Assembly (NCBI GenBank): GCA_964187785.1
Contig: OZ076409.1
Location: 75,084,001-75,148,000, forward strand
Length of the DNA stretch: 64,000 nucleotides
Origin: Amphiscolops sp. MND2022
Lineage: Eukaryota
Direction of reading: 5' to 3'
The notes beneath the pieces are model-generated. The model saw nothing but the letters and a program-made list of their open reading frames with translations. It did not search any database and was not told the DNA's origin. Made by a program: the position numbers and the translations under genes. Positions 10,385 to 22,491 of this stretch are shown here, one piece after another; positions within the stretch are counted from its first letter, which is position 1; each line of letters starts with the position of its first letter.

Positions 10385-13300
10385 GTGGTCAGTGCTGTTG
10401 CGTTCATTTTTTTCCGGCCGTGGGGGAGGGCCCCTCTGAGGCCGGTCATTTTTCAGGTAACAGCTTTCCTATACAAAAAAGGGGGAAAAAACCTCAGTGC
10501 TCAAATCCCAACCGTCAGAATGAGCTGAAATTTGGCATGTAGCTAGTGCATTGCAAATGATTAGGATGGGTTATAACGCTATGTTTGGCAAAATTGGTTT
10601 TGTTGCATTTTTTTTGTCATATAGGGCCAAAAATGGCCTTTTTTGCGTATTTTTTGCTTGACTAGCTAATAACTCGCGTTGGGTTGGTACTAGCGATACG
10701 GGTGTGGGGTATGGAATTGTAAGAATACCAAGTACCTTGCTGATCACGTTATTTGATTTCCGCCCACATCACCCCCCACGCCGGAAATGCCCAATTTGTC
10801 ACTACCGGTCGCAATTTTTGACTTTTTTGGATGGAGTCAAAACCCATTTCCGGTGTGAAGGAGTGGGTTGAGCGCTTCGACCCCAATATACTAAAAGTAG
10901 GTTTAGACAAAGTCCTATTAGGAAAAAAGTAATGTAAGCCCGTACCTATCACCCCCTCACCGGAAATAGGGGTCACGCCTCCTTTTTCTGTGTTGCAAAA
11001 GTGGCATGTGCACATTTGTCCAACTCCGAAGCCCCGGAGCACTGTGGGACCCTCATACTTTCTAAACACCTATCCCACACGCTACCGGAAGTGACCGGAA
11101 GTTTCACCGGAAATGACATCCTTGGACCGGAAATGGTCAAAAAAGGACTTTTTCAATAAAAAATAGACACTTTTGGTGCAATTTTTAGGCAAAAAGCATA
11201 ATTCGTGATACGCTTGTTGCAGTTGAAAGGGCCATTGTTCAGCAAGAATGCATACAGCATTACGTAGCACATCAAGTGGTTGATAATTTTTCGTCCATAA
11301 TATCCATAGGACCGGAAATGGCCATTTTTGAATCGGAAATTTCTTCAGCTTGATTTTTAACAAGTTTTTCCACAATATTAGTGTAGGAATTGCTCGTCGG
11401 ATGCTTTAGGTCTATTTTAAAACTAGCTGACTGCTTCTTAGAAATGTATTTCAGAAATCCCAACCAATTCCAGATTACCGGAAATGGGAGTAATTGCCTC
11501 CTTTATGACCTTTGAATGATAAATTGTTAAAATCCGCAAATTATTTTATTCCACAACTGTTGCTCAGGTTATATCTAAGCAATAACATCTGCTTGTTTTG
11601 AAGTGCTGTATTGTGGGAGATACAAATATTGCTTTTTAATAGTAATACATACGTGATATTCGCCGCAAAAAAGATTTTTCAAATCAACCATTTTGAAGTC
11701 CTACTGGTGTTCCGCACACCCGAAATAATTTAAGTTTCTAGTTTCGATTTTCAGGCTTCCGCGACTATTGAGTTGAGATGATAGTTTTCACGTTCTCTGC
11801 AAAACGGGCATTTCATTGTGTATGTGACATTTATTGGGTTGTTTCACATGGTAATTCAAAACTAATTGATCATACAATTTAGAACAATTGAAAATTTTCA
11901 ATTGAACAATAAATGTTTTAATATTTTCTCTTTCGTTAAAGATACTCTTTTGTGGCCATTAGAACAGGTTGAATTGGTTGAATAAGTAACCAGTGCGATA
12001 CATCGTTTAATACATAGCGTTTGACATCGTTTTCTTGCGAACAAAGACAAGCATGATTTGTTGGAAGTTTTTACCATATCGCTTCAAATCGGTCGTGACA
12101 AACAATGAATTTCTCGTTTTAATTGCTACTTCGAAAGCAGCCTGAAAACGCAAATCGATCTATTGAGTTATGGAGATGCAACTAAGCATTTCAAGTCTGG
12201 GTTTCAATTTAATTCTATCACTCCGGACTATTTTTATGTCGCAAAAGTGATAAAGGGTGTTAGCAAGGTTAAAAACATCGAACAATTTTAAAAAATTAAT
12301 GCCTCCGGAAAGGGAAGAAAAATGAGTTTTCCTGTCAAAACAATGACAACCACGTACGAAACATCAAGTATTTGTATTGTTCAATAGTCCAAAACATTAA
12401 TGAAGTTTTTAAATATCCAAGAGTTTCTAATCAAGCATGCGTTTCGAATGTCTCACAGGGCAGCATCGTTTTCAAAAAACAGTGCTTTCAATGTGGTTTC
12501 ATACCAGCAAAACGAACGCAGGCACAACCACATTCTCAAAATTCTTGCACAACAACCAATTTCTTTGAAAATCCTATTTGATTCCTCAAGGTATATGGTG
12601 AGAACCCTGTTGGGTTCCAAAGTTGATGTGCTGTTTTCTTGGGTTTGCGAGATAAGTTACAACGGAAATCTGAAAGCAGGTCGTCTCAATAAAATACCTG
12701 TTGCTCTTTAAACGATTGGACTTAAGTAGTCGAAATTTATTCTCAGACACTTTCGATCAGAGAATGTTTGAGTCCTAACGTTCGAATCAGGTTGGTTTCA
12801 GGTGGCTCGAAGTGCCAGCTGAACCAACCTTTCAAATAAAGAAAAACCCCACACCTCCCTTCATGCCACGCTACCCCGTATAGCGTTTCAACTTGACAGA
12901 AATTGGAACGTTTGATTTTGGCGTCGCTTGGGATTGACACACCAGTGTTGATACTAAATTTGGCAAAGAGAAATCGCAGAAATGATTGTTTCTGTTTTTC
13001 CCTTTGATTTAGTGTGTCGAGCGTACAAAGCAGTTTGGGAAACTAACTTGCATTTCCACTGAACGAAAAGCAAAAGTAGTAACATTGAAAACTTCCGGAA
13101 TAAATTTAATCAGGTTTCCGTATTTGTGAGATCAGCTGCCACTCAGTTATCAGTTACATCTTTCAAATTTTTAAGAACAACTAATCTAACTTTGCTCGAC
13201 TCTCTTGGATAAGGCAACAATAGTTTACTAATCTGTACTCGTGGAAAAAAGTCAACTGCCGGGTGAAAAACAATCTGTATGTAACTTTTCTCTCGTGCAA

Positions 13301-13458
13301 AGTTATTTTTTACCCCCTCTGACTCAACTATAGCATGTACGTAATGAAACCAATAACACCTTCAACTGTTAATCAACGCCCACCGTCCGTAGGCATGCCG
13401 AGGCATGCCTTTCGACGACGCGCGCCAAAAACAATATAACGGCGCCACCCGCTTCTGG
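10385..13458 (+). mobile_element. Unit 9, family D (3074 bp)
   Basis: Starts GTGGTCAGTGCTG, ends GCTTCTGG; full-length homology to units 30 and 31. Confidence 0.7.
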
Positions 13459-14762
13459 GTGGCCACGACCATGGTTTCTTGCGTATCTTGTCGAATCTTT
13501 TGTCGTTGCCGGCCGGGGAGGGACCCGTTTGCCGGCGTGTGTAGTGTGGGGCCCCCATACCCAAAAAGTGGTATTTTTTTCAGAGATCTCAAAATCGGCC
13601 CGTCAGAATTGCCTGAAATTTGGCATGATGCTCCCAATTGGGGAAAAAATAAGAAGTGTAGGAGGCGACTTGTTCGGGTAAATATTGTATGTTGACTTTT
13701 GGCCAAAATAGTGTTCCCCCCCAACATGGGCAAAATCACATGAGGTGTAAAAATATGATCACAACTTTTGAACCTTTGGATTTAGGGGTACGGTCGTGGA
13801 CCACATTAAGCAAGAGCTTTGGTGAGCGGGTAGGATAGATGGGTTTTGATCCCAGTACCTTCAACCACTTTTGAGAAATTAACGTTTCAAACAAACATCC
13901 GGGAGGTATCTGTTGCCCCTGAAGGCAGGTTTTTCGCCATTTTCAATGTGAAGGAGTGGGTTTAGCGTAACGTGTGTGGGGTGCTTTTTTGTTGCCCGTG
14001 TGCGGAGCGTTGTATAGAGGTGCTGGTTGTTGAAATTGGAAAAGCTGCTAAAAAGTTATACCTATACCCCCCCTACTGTCTCTGCCATTCAATTTTTTTT
14101 TCAACTTCAGGCCTCCCAAAGGTGAGAAACTTCCACACAACTAGTATTGCAAGTGAATGCATGTGGAAAGTACTCGGATAGACGAGAAAAATGAGCTATA
14201 GAACGACTCTGTAGCTTAACCTGACGTTGACTTATGACATTTTGAGTGTGAGCTTGCTACGAGAGAAAAAAATTTAAAATTGAAAATCGAAGCTAAGTCT
14301 CATCCAAAACTCATCGAAATACGTTCAATCCATACCAAAGCGGTCAAACTCCAGCTATATAGTGCAACAACACTATTCAAGACCATTTGACACAATTTTA
14401 TTAGTTTTGACATTGTATTATTCATCCGAGAGCACAAAACAGTTGGGTACATTCCATCTCCCTTTCGGGGGAGATGAGAATGTACCCGCTAAATGACACG
14501 CACCATGGCCTAATTTTTACCTTTATGCGACGTTTTCTAGGCTTTCGCGCAAGCCCACTAATATTTAGACTGGTTTCTTTTTCTTTCACTCCAAACATTC
14601 CGTCCGTACTAACCACCTTACACACCACCAGCAGCTCAACGACACATCTGTAACGTCAACGCCACATACTCGCATCAACGCCCACCGTCCGTGGGCATGC
14701 CGAGGCATGCCCTTCGACGACGTATGCCCGTTGTCACAACAGGGCGCCCCTACATTCTCTAG
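13459..14762 (+). mobile_element. Unit 10, family A mosaic with unique 5' half (1304 bp)
   Basis: Starts GTGGCCACGACC; 3' half like unit 11; terminal hairpin GCCCGTTGT-C-ACAACAGGGC before CTAG. Confidence 0.7.
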
Positions 14763-16043
14763 GTGCCGGGATTTTCTATTCGATAAAGTAAGTTGCGCGG
14801 TTGGGTAGGGCCCCGTGAGCGCGCCCGTGTCTGTGTTTTTTGAACCTGAATTTGCGGGTGCCAAAATAGACGATCTCCTAAACTATCCATACGATTTTGC
14901 TCAAATTTGGCATACGGGTTCCTGAGACAGATATAAGAACTAATTCCTACTGGCGTTTTGCCCGGAAAATTTTTTTTGTTGCGCAAACTTGAAATTTTTG
15001 ACAAAAAAATGCGATTTTTTTTGAAAAAATTTTTTTGAGAGGCCATATCTTTTTTCAGGGAGCCCGGAGCGGGACGCGTTAAACTGATTATAAACTCTAC
15101 GGTTCACGGGCTGTACGGGGAACCTATTTTTGTTGGAATCCGACTTGTAGATTTTGAGATATATTATCAAATTTGGGTGTTTTTTTTCCAATTTTTCGAA
15201 AAACCTGGTTTATCTCTGCCGTTTTTTGCCCAGATTTTTTTCTAGACCCTCTCCTAAAGGCCTCCCCTGGCCGGATTACGTCCCAGCAAAACCATTTGGC
15301 CCTAAATACGAAGTTTCAGCGTTCTAGCATTCTCGGGCGAAAAGTTGTGGGACTTAGAAAATTTTTTTTTAAAACGCAAAATGTGTAAAGTCAACTTCAG
15401 GCCTCCCAAAGTCAAGGAACTTCCACACAACTAGGATTGCAAGTGGATGCATGTGGAAAGTGCTTGAATAGACGAGGAAAATGAGCTATTATAAAACTCT
15501 GTAGCTTAACCTGACGTTGACTTATGACAATTTTAGTGTGAGCTTGCTATGTGAGAAAAAATTTCAAAAATTGAAAATCGAAGCTAAGTCTCATCCAAAA
15601 CTCATCGGAATACGTTCAATCCATTCCAAAGCGGTTTACTTCCAGCTATAGACTGCAGCAACACTATTCAAGACCATTGTACCCCTTTATATTAGTTTTG
15701 ACATTGTATTATTCATCCGAGAGCACAAAGCAGTTGAGTACATTCCATCTCCCTTTCGGGGGAGATGAGAATGTACTCGCTAAAGAACAGGTACTACAGC
15801 CAATTTTTGTATTTATGCGAAGCCATTCTTTGCTATTGCACATAACAACTATGCTATTGACTTAATTTTGCCTACACTTTGCTATGACATATGCTAAACG
15901 TTTGGTCCTTACAACAACATACACATGACTAACGTCAACACCACATACTGTTACCAACGCCCACCGTCCGTGGGCATGCCGAGGCATGCCCTTCGACGAC
16001 GTATGCCAAATACCTTCCAGCGACGCTCGCGCTCCCCGGCTAG
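14763..16043 (+). mobile_element. Unit 11, family A mosaic (1281 bp)
   Basis: Middle module CCCGGAGCGGGACGCGTTAAACTG shared with unit 16; body like unit 6; ends CGCGCTCCCCGGCTAG like unit 8. Confidence 0.7.
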
Positions 16044-17329
16044 GTGCCGGGATTTCTATTCGATAAAGTATGTGGCGCGTGTGGGTAGGGTCCCTGGCGC
16101 GCTCTTGGGTATGGTGTTCACCAGCTAGGAAATAGGGGTCGATTTTTCGGGATCTCCTAAACTAGCCACACGATTTGGCTGAAATTTGGCACACGTACCC
16201 CCCTCGGCACGGTGAAGATGATTTCCTACTGACGTTTTTCCCGCAAAATTTTTTTTGTTGTCCAAAATAACGGTTTTTGGGGTAAAATTTTGAATTTTTT
16301 TTAAATTTTATCTTATATCTCGCCACCGGTTTACGCTAGCGCTTGAAAACCCTGCTAAAGAAAGCTTGCAAACTGTCTCAGGAATGCGTTGTGAAATTTT
16401 CAGCTCAATCGGACTTAAACTCGGGGAGATATAGCGTTTTTCCGGAGCGGGGGGGTTTCATTTTTCTAACGGTCCAGCTTATCTTTGCCATTTTTTCGAA
16501 AATGCACTCGCCTAAAGGCCTCCCCTGGCCAGTTTTATTCCCAGCAAAACCATTTGGCCCTAAATACGGAGTTTCAGCGTTCCAGCATTCCCGGGCGAAA
16601 AGTTGTGGGACTTAGAAAAGTTCAAAAATTTTCAAAAAATTTTTTTTCCGTTTTCCGCCCTCCCCCCCTAGGGGAAAAGACCCCCCAACCAGTAATTTGA
16701 GTGAATTCATGTGGAAAGGCCATGTTTAGAGGAGAAAAATGCCGTTTAGAACGTCTTTTTATTTTAACCTGTCGTTGACTTATAACGTTTTGAAGGTGAT
16801 GTTTGGAGGTGTGAAGCACGTGAAAAGTAAACGTTATGAGTATTTATCTGATCTGAAAGCCATTGAGATGCAATCTGTTTTGCTCAAAACGTAATTCATA
16901 TCCGTTTGGTAGTCAATCAACACCCTTTGTTGTCATTTGACATCTTTTTTTGTTGATATAAGAAAAAATTTTGTGTATTTATTCATTTTTTTCTCATCAA
17001 ATAACTTGAAACAGTTGAGTACATTCCATCCCCCCCTTCCGGGGGAGATGAGAATGTACTCGCAAAAAGCACCGAACTACGGCCCTTACCTTCCCGAGCT
17101 ACGCAGTATAAGGATTACATATTGGTTCCGACATTTTCTAGAGTTAAATCTTGGTAATCTGTCTGGATATGCAGAAAAATCAGCACGTGCCTTTTAATAC
17201 CAAGTTGCTTACAACGACAATTATTTTATATCAACGCCCCCATATTTATCAACGCCCCCCGTCCGTGGGCATGCCGAGGCATGCCCTTCGACGACGTATA
17301 CCAAGATATGTTCGAGCGCGTTAGCCTAG
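16044..17329 (+). mobile_element. Unit 12, family A subtype A1 (1286 bp)
   Basis: GTGCCGGGATTTCTATTCG head, hairpin, box, ends GCGCGTTAGCCTAG. Confidence 0.7.
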
Positions 17330-18619
17330 GTGCCGGTATTTCTATTCGTTCGAGTATGTGGCGCGTGTGGGTAGGGCCCCTGGCGCGCTCTTGTGTTTGG
17401 GGGTTTCCTACTTCTAAATCACGTTCAGATTTCCGGGATCTCGTAAACTATCCATACGATTTGGCTGAAATTTGGCACACGTACCCCCCTCGGCACGGTG
17501 AAGATGATTTCCTACTGACGTTTTTCCCGCTAAACATTTTTTGTTGACCAAAATAACGGTTTTTGGTGGAAAATTTTTGATTTTTTTTAAATTTTATCTT
17601 ATATCTCACCACGGGTCCACGCTAGCGCTTCCAAACCTTGCTGACGAAACCTCGCAAACTGTCTCAGGAATGCTGTGTGAAATTTTCAGCTCAATCGGAC
17701 TTAAACTCGGGGAGATATAGCGTTTTTCCGGAGCGGGGGGGTTTCATTTTTCTAACGGTCCAGCTTATCTTTGCCATTTTTTCGAAAATGCACTCGCCTA
17801 AAGGCCTCCCCTGGCCGGTTTTACTCCCAAAAAAACCATTTGGCCCTAAATACGGAGTTTCAGCGTTCTAGCATTCCGGGGCGAAAAGTTGTGGTAATTA
17901 GTAAATTTCAAAAATTTTCAAAAATTTTTTTTTCGTTATTTGGGCCCCCAAAGTGGGGGAAAAGACCCCCCAACCAGTAATTTGAGTGAATTCATGTGGA
18001 AAGGCCATGTTTAGCGGCGAAAAATGCTTTTTAGATCGTCTTTTTATTTTAACCTGTTGTTGACTTATGTTGTTTTGAAGGTGATGTTTGGATGTGTGAA
18101 GCATGTGAAAAGGTAATTTTTTGTGTCTTTATCTCTTCTAAAAGCCATTGAGATGCAATCTGTTTTGCTCAAAACGTAATTCAATGCAATTTGGCAGTCA
18201 ATGAACACAATTTGGTGTCTTTTGTTATATTTTTCTGTTGATATAATAAAAAATTTTGTGTCTTTATTAATTTTTTTTAAATAAAATAACTTGAAACAGT
18301 TGAGTACATTCCATCCCCCCCTTCCGGGGGAGATGGAAATGTACTCGCTAAAAGCCGCGAACAAGAGCCCATACCTTCCTGCGCTACGCAGTATAAAGAT
18401 TGCATGTTGGTTCCGACTTTTTGGTAGTGTTATATCTTGGTAATTTGACTGAATATGGAGAAAAATCAGCAAGTGCTCTTTTATAGCAAATTGCTGACAA
18501 CGACAATTTTTTTATATCAACGCCCCCATATTTATCAACGCCCCCCGTCCGTGGGCATGCCGAGGCATGCCCTTCGACGACGTATACCAAGATATACTCC
18601 CGAGCGCGGTAGCCGCTAG
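17330..18619 (+). mobile_element. Unit 13, family A subtype A1 (1290 bp)
   Basis: Near-identical to unit 39. Confidence 0.7.
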
Positions 18620-19889
18620 GTGCCGGGATTTTCTATTCGACAAGTTTGCGCGCCTTGGGGAGGGTCCCTTTGCGCGCTTTAAGATCCAGGTGTTTCCAAC
18701 TCCTAAACGGGCATGTGATTTCGACGATCTCCTAAACTAGCCATACGATTTGGCTGAAATTTGGCACACGTACCCCCCTCGGCACGGTGAAGATGATTCC
18801 CTACTGACGTTTTTCCCGCTAAACATTTTTTGTTGACCAAAATAACGGTTTTTGGGGTAAATTTTTGAACTTTTTTTAAATTTCATCTTATATCTCGCCA
18901 CGGGTACACGCTAGCGCTTCCAAACCTTGCTGACGAAAGTTTGCAAACTGTCTCAGGAATGCTGTGTGAAATTTTCAGCTCAATCGGACTCAAACTCGAG
19001 GAGATATAGCGTTTTTCCGGAGCGGGGGGGTTTCATTTTTCTAACGGTCCAGCTTATCTTTGCCATTTTTTCGAAAATGCACTCGCCTAAAGGCCTCCCC
19101 TGGCCAGTTTTATTCCCAGCAAAACCATTTGGCCCTAAATACGGAGTTTCAGCGTTCCAGCATTCCCGGGCGAAAAGTTGTGGGACTTAGAATTTTTCAA
19201 AAATTTTCAAAAAAATTTTTTTCCGTTATTTGGGCCCCCAAAGTGGGGGAAAGCACCCCCCAACCATTAAAGCAAGTGAATGCATGTGGAAAGCCCTTGT
19301 TTAGACAAGAAAAATGGCGTTTAGAACGTCTTTTTATCTTAACTTGACATTGACTTTTGTCGTTTTGAAGGTGACCGTTAGATACAGAAAATTGATATTT
19401 TGAGTATTTATCCCATCTGAAAGCCATTGAGATACAACATGTTTTGCTCAAAACGTGTTTCATTGCAGTTCCGCTGTCTATTGACACCCTTTGATGTCTT
19501 TTGACGTAATTTTCTTTTCTATAATAACAATTTTTTGTGTATTTATTCATTTTTTTCTCATCAAATAACTTGAAACAGTTGAGTACATTCCATCTCCCTT
19601 CCCGGGGGAGATGAGAATGTACTCGCTAAAGGTCAGGAACTACGGTCTATATCTTCCACAACACAAAAGCAATTGAAAATTGTTTCAGTTTGTTGCAGAA
19701 AACTTTTCTTTTTGCACTCAGTGACTCGGCAAAGTGAACGATTTTGACCCATATTGAATCTTACTTTACCACAACTCATCTCTAACGTCAACGCCCCCCA
19801 CACACATCAACGCCCCCCGTCCGTGGGCATGCCGAGGCATGCCCTTCGACGACGTATAGCAAAATATGTTCGAACGCGGTAGCAGCTAG
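18620..19889 (+). mobile_element. Unit 14, family A subtype A1 (1270 bp)
   Basis: 3' body like units 1 and 4; box; ends GCGGTAGCAGCTAG. Confidence 0.7.
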
Positions 19890-21177
19890 GTGCCGGGATT
19901 TCTATTCGATAAAGTATGTGGCGCGCCTTGGGTAGGGTCCCTTGCGCGCTCTTGGGTATGGTGTTCACCAGCTAGGAAATAGGGGTCGATTTTTCGGGAT
20001 CTCCTAAACTAGCCACACGATTTGGCTGAAATTTGGCACACGTACTCCCCTCGGCACGGTGAAGATGATTTCCTACTGACGTTTTTCCCGCAAAATTTTT
20101 TTTGTTGTCCAAAATAACGGTTTTTGGGGTAAAATTTTGAACTTTTTTTAAATTTCATCTTATATCTCGCCACGGGTTTACGCTAGCGCTTCTAAACCCT
20201 GCTAAAGAAAGCTTGCAAACTGTCTCAGGAATGCGGTGTGAAATTTTCAGCTCAATCGGACTTAAACTCAGGGAGATATAGCGTTTTTCCGGAGCGGGGG
20301 GGTTTCATTTTTCTAACGGTCCAGCTTATCTTAGCCATTTTTTCGAAAATGTACTCGCCTAAAGACCTCCCCTGGCCGGTTTTATTCCCAGCAAAACCAT
20401 TTGGCCCTAAATACGGAGTTTCAGCGTTCCAGCATTCCCGGGCGAAAAGTTGTGGGACTTAGAAAATTTCACAAATTTTCAAAATTTTTTTTTTCGGTTT
20501 TCCGCCCTCCCCCCCGAGGGGAAAAGACCCCCCAACCAGTAATTTGAGTGAATTCATGTGGAAAGGCCATGTTTAGAGGAGAAAAATCCCGTTTAAATCG
20601 TCTTTTTATCTTTATTCAACGTTGACTTATGACGATTCGAAGGTTATGTTTGGAGGTGTGAAGCACGTGAAAAGTTAACGTTATGATTATTTATCTGATC
20701 TGAAAGCCATTGAGATGCAACCTGTTTTGCTCAAAACGTAATTCATATCAATTTGGTAGTCAATCAACACCCTTTGTTGTCATTTGACATCTTTTTTTGT
20801 TGATATAAGAAAAAATTTTGTGTATTTATTCATTTTTTTCTCATCAAATAACTTGAAACAGTTGAGTACATTCCATCCCCCCTTCACGGGGGAGATGAGA
20901 ATGTACTCGCAAAAAGCCCCGAACTACGGCCCTTACCTTCCTGAGCTACGCAGTATAAAGATTGCATATTGGTTCCGACATTTTGATAGAGTTATATCTT
21001 GGTAATCTGTCTGGGTATGCAGAAAAACCAGCACGTGCTTTTTTATACCAAGTTGCTCACAACGACATTTATTTTATATCAACGCCCCCATATTTATCAA
21101 CGCCCCCCGTCCGTGGGCATGCCGAGGCATGCCCTTCGACGACGTATACCAAGATATGTTCGAGCGCGTTAGCCTAG
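19890..21177 (+). mobile_element. Unit 15, family A subtype A1 (1288 bp)
   Basis: Body near-identical to unit 38 but with a different ~130-nt head. Confidence 0.7.
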
Positions 21178-22491
21178 GTGCCCGGATTTCTATTCATTAA
21201 AGTATGTTGCGCGTGTGGGTAGGGCCCCTGGCGCGCTCTTGTGTCCCTGTTCTCATAACTGCAATTTCCGGCAGCATTCTGAGCGATTTTCTAAACTATC
21301 CATACGATTCGGCTGAAATTTGGCATGTGAGTTCCTATGACAGTTCTAAGAAACATTTCCTACTGGCGTTTTGCCCGGAAAATTTTTTTTGTTGACTTAT
21401 AACGGTTTTTTTGGCCAAAAAATGCAATTTTTTCAAAAATTTTTTTTTCGGAGCCCATATCTTTTTTCAGGGTGCCCGGAGCGGGACGCGTTAAACTGAT
21501 TATAAACTCTACGGTTCATGGGCTTTACGGAGAACCTAGGCTCGTTTCGATCAGACAAATAGTCTTGGAGATATAACGGCATTTTTTGGGAATTTTTTGA
21601 AAATTTTTCTAACGGTCCAGCTTATCTTTGCCATTTTTTCGAAAATGTACTCGCCTAAAGACCTCCCCTGGCCGGTTTTAATCCCAGCAAAACCATTTGG
21701 CCCTAAATACGGAGTTTCAGCGTTCCAGCATTCCCGGGCGAAAAGTTGTGGGACTTAGAAAAATTTCAAAATTTTTCAAAAAAATTTTTTCCGTTTTCCG
21801 CCCTCCCCCCGAGGGGAAAAGACCCCCCAACCAGTAATTTGAGTGAATTCATGTGGAAAGGCCATGTTTAGAGAAGAAAAATGCCGTTTAGATCGTCTTT
21901 TTATTTTAACCTGTCGTTGACTTATGTTGTTTTGAAGGTGATGTTTGGATGTGTGAAGCATGTGAAAAGGTAATTTATTGTGTCTTTAGCTCTTCTAAAA
22001 GTCATTGAGATACACGGTGTGTGACTCAGAACGTGTTTAATTCTAATTTAGCAATGCATCAACACTTTTTTGTGTCTTTTGACTCTGTTTTAAAAAATTT
22101 TTCCGACTAAAATCAAAAATTATTTATAATTATTCACATTTTTTTTCTGATCTCATGACTCGAAACAGTTGAGTACATTCCATCTCCCTTCACGGGGGAG
22201 ATGAGAATGTACTCTTTAGAGACCAGGTACTACAGTAATTACCTTCCCCGAGCAACGCCCCATAAAAATTGCGTTTTGATCCAGATATTTTGACATAATT
22301 TTATCTTTGTAATTTGACTGGAAATGAAGAAAATGCCGCACGTGCTCTTTTATATCAAGTATCTTAACAACGCCATCTCTTTTACGTCAACGCCCCATAG
22401 TTCACATCAACGCCCACCGTCTGTGGGCATGCCGAGGCATGCCCTTCGACGACGTATGCCCAAGATATACATCGAGCGCGGTAGCCGCTAG
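21178..22491 (+). mobile_element. Unit 16, family A mosaic (1314 bp)
   Basis: Head as in units 36 and 38, middle as in unit 11, then A1-type body. Confidence 0.7.

Noticed and set aside
10675..10695. Concatenated kinetoplast-type minicircles (GGGTTGGT resembles CSB-3)
   Set aside because: The full GGGGTTGGTGTA block is not seen and the partial match is limited to family D.
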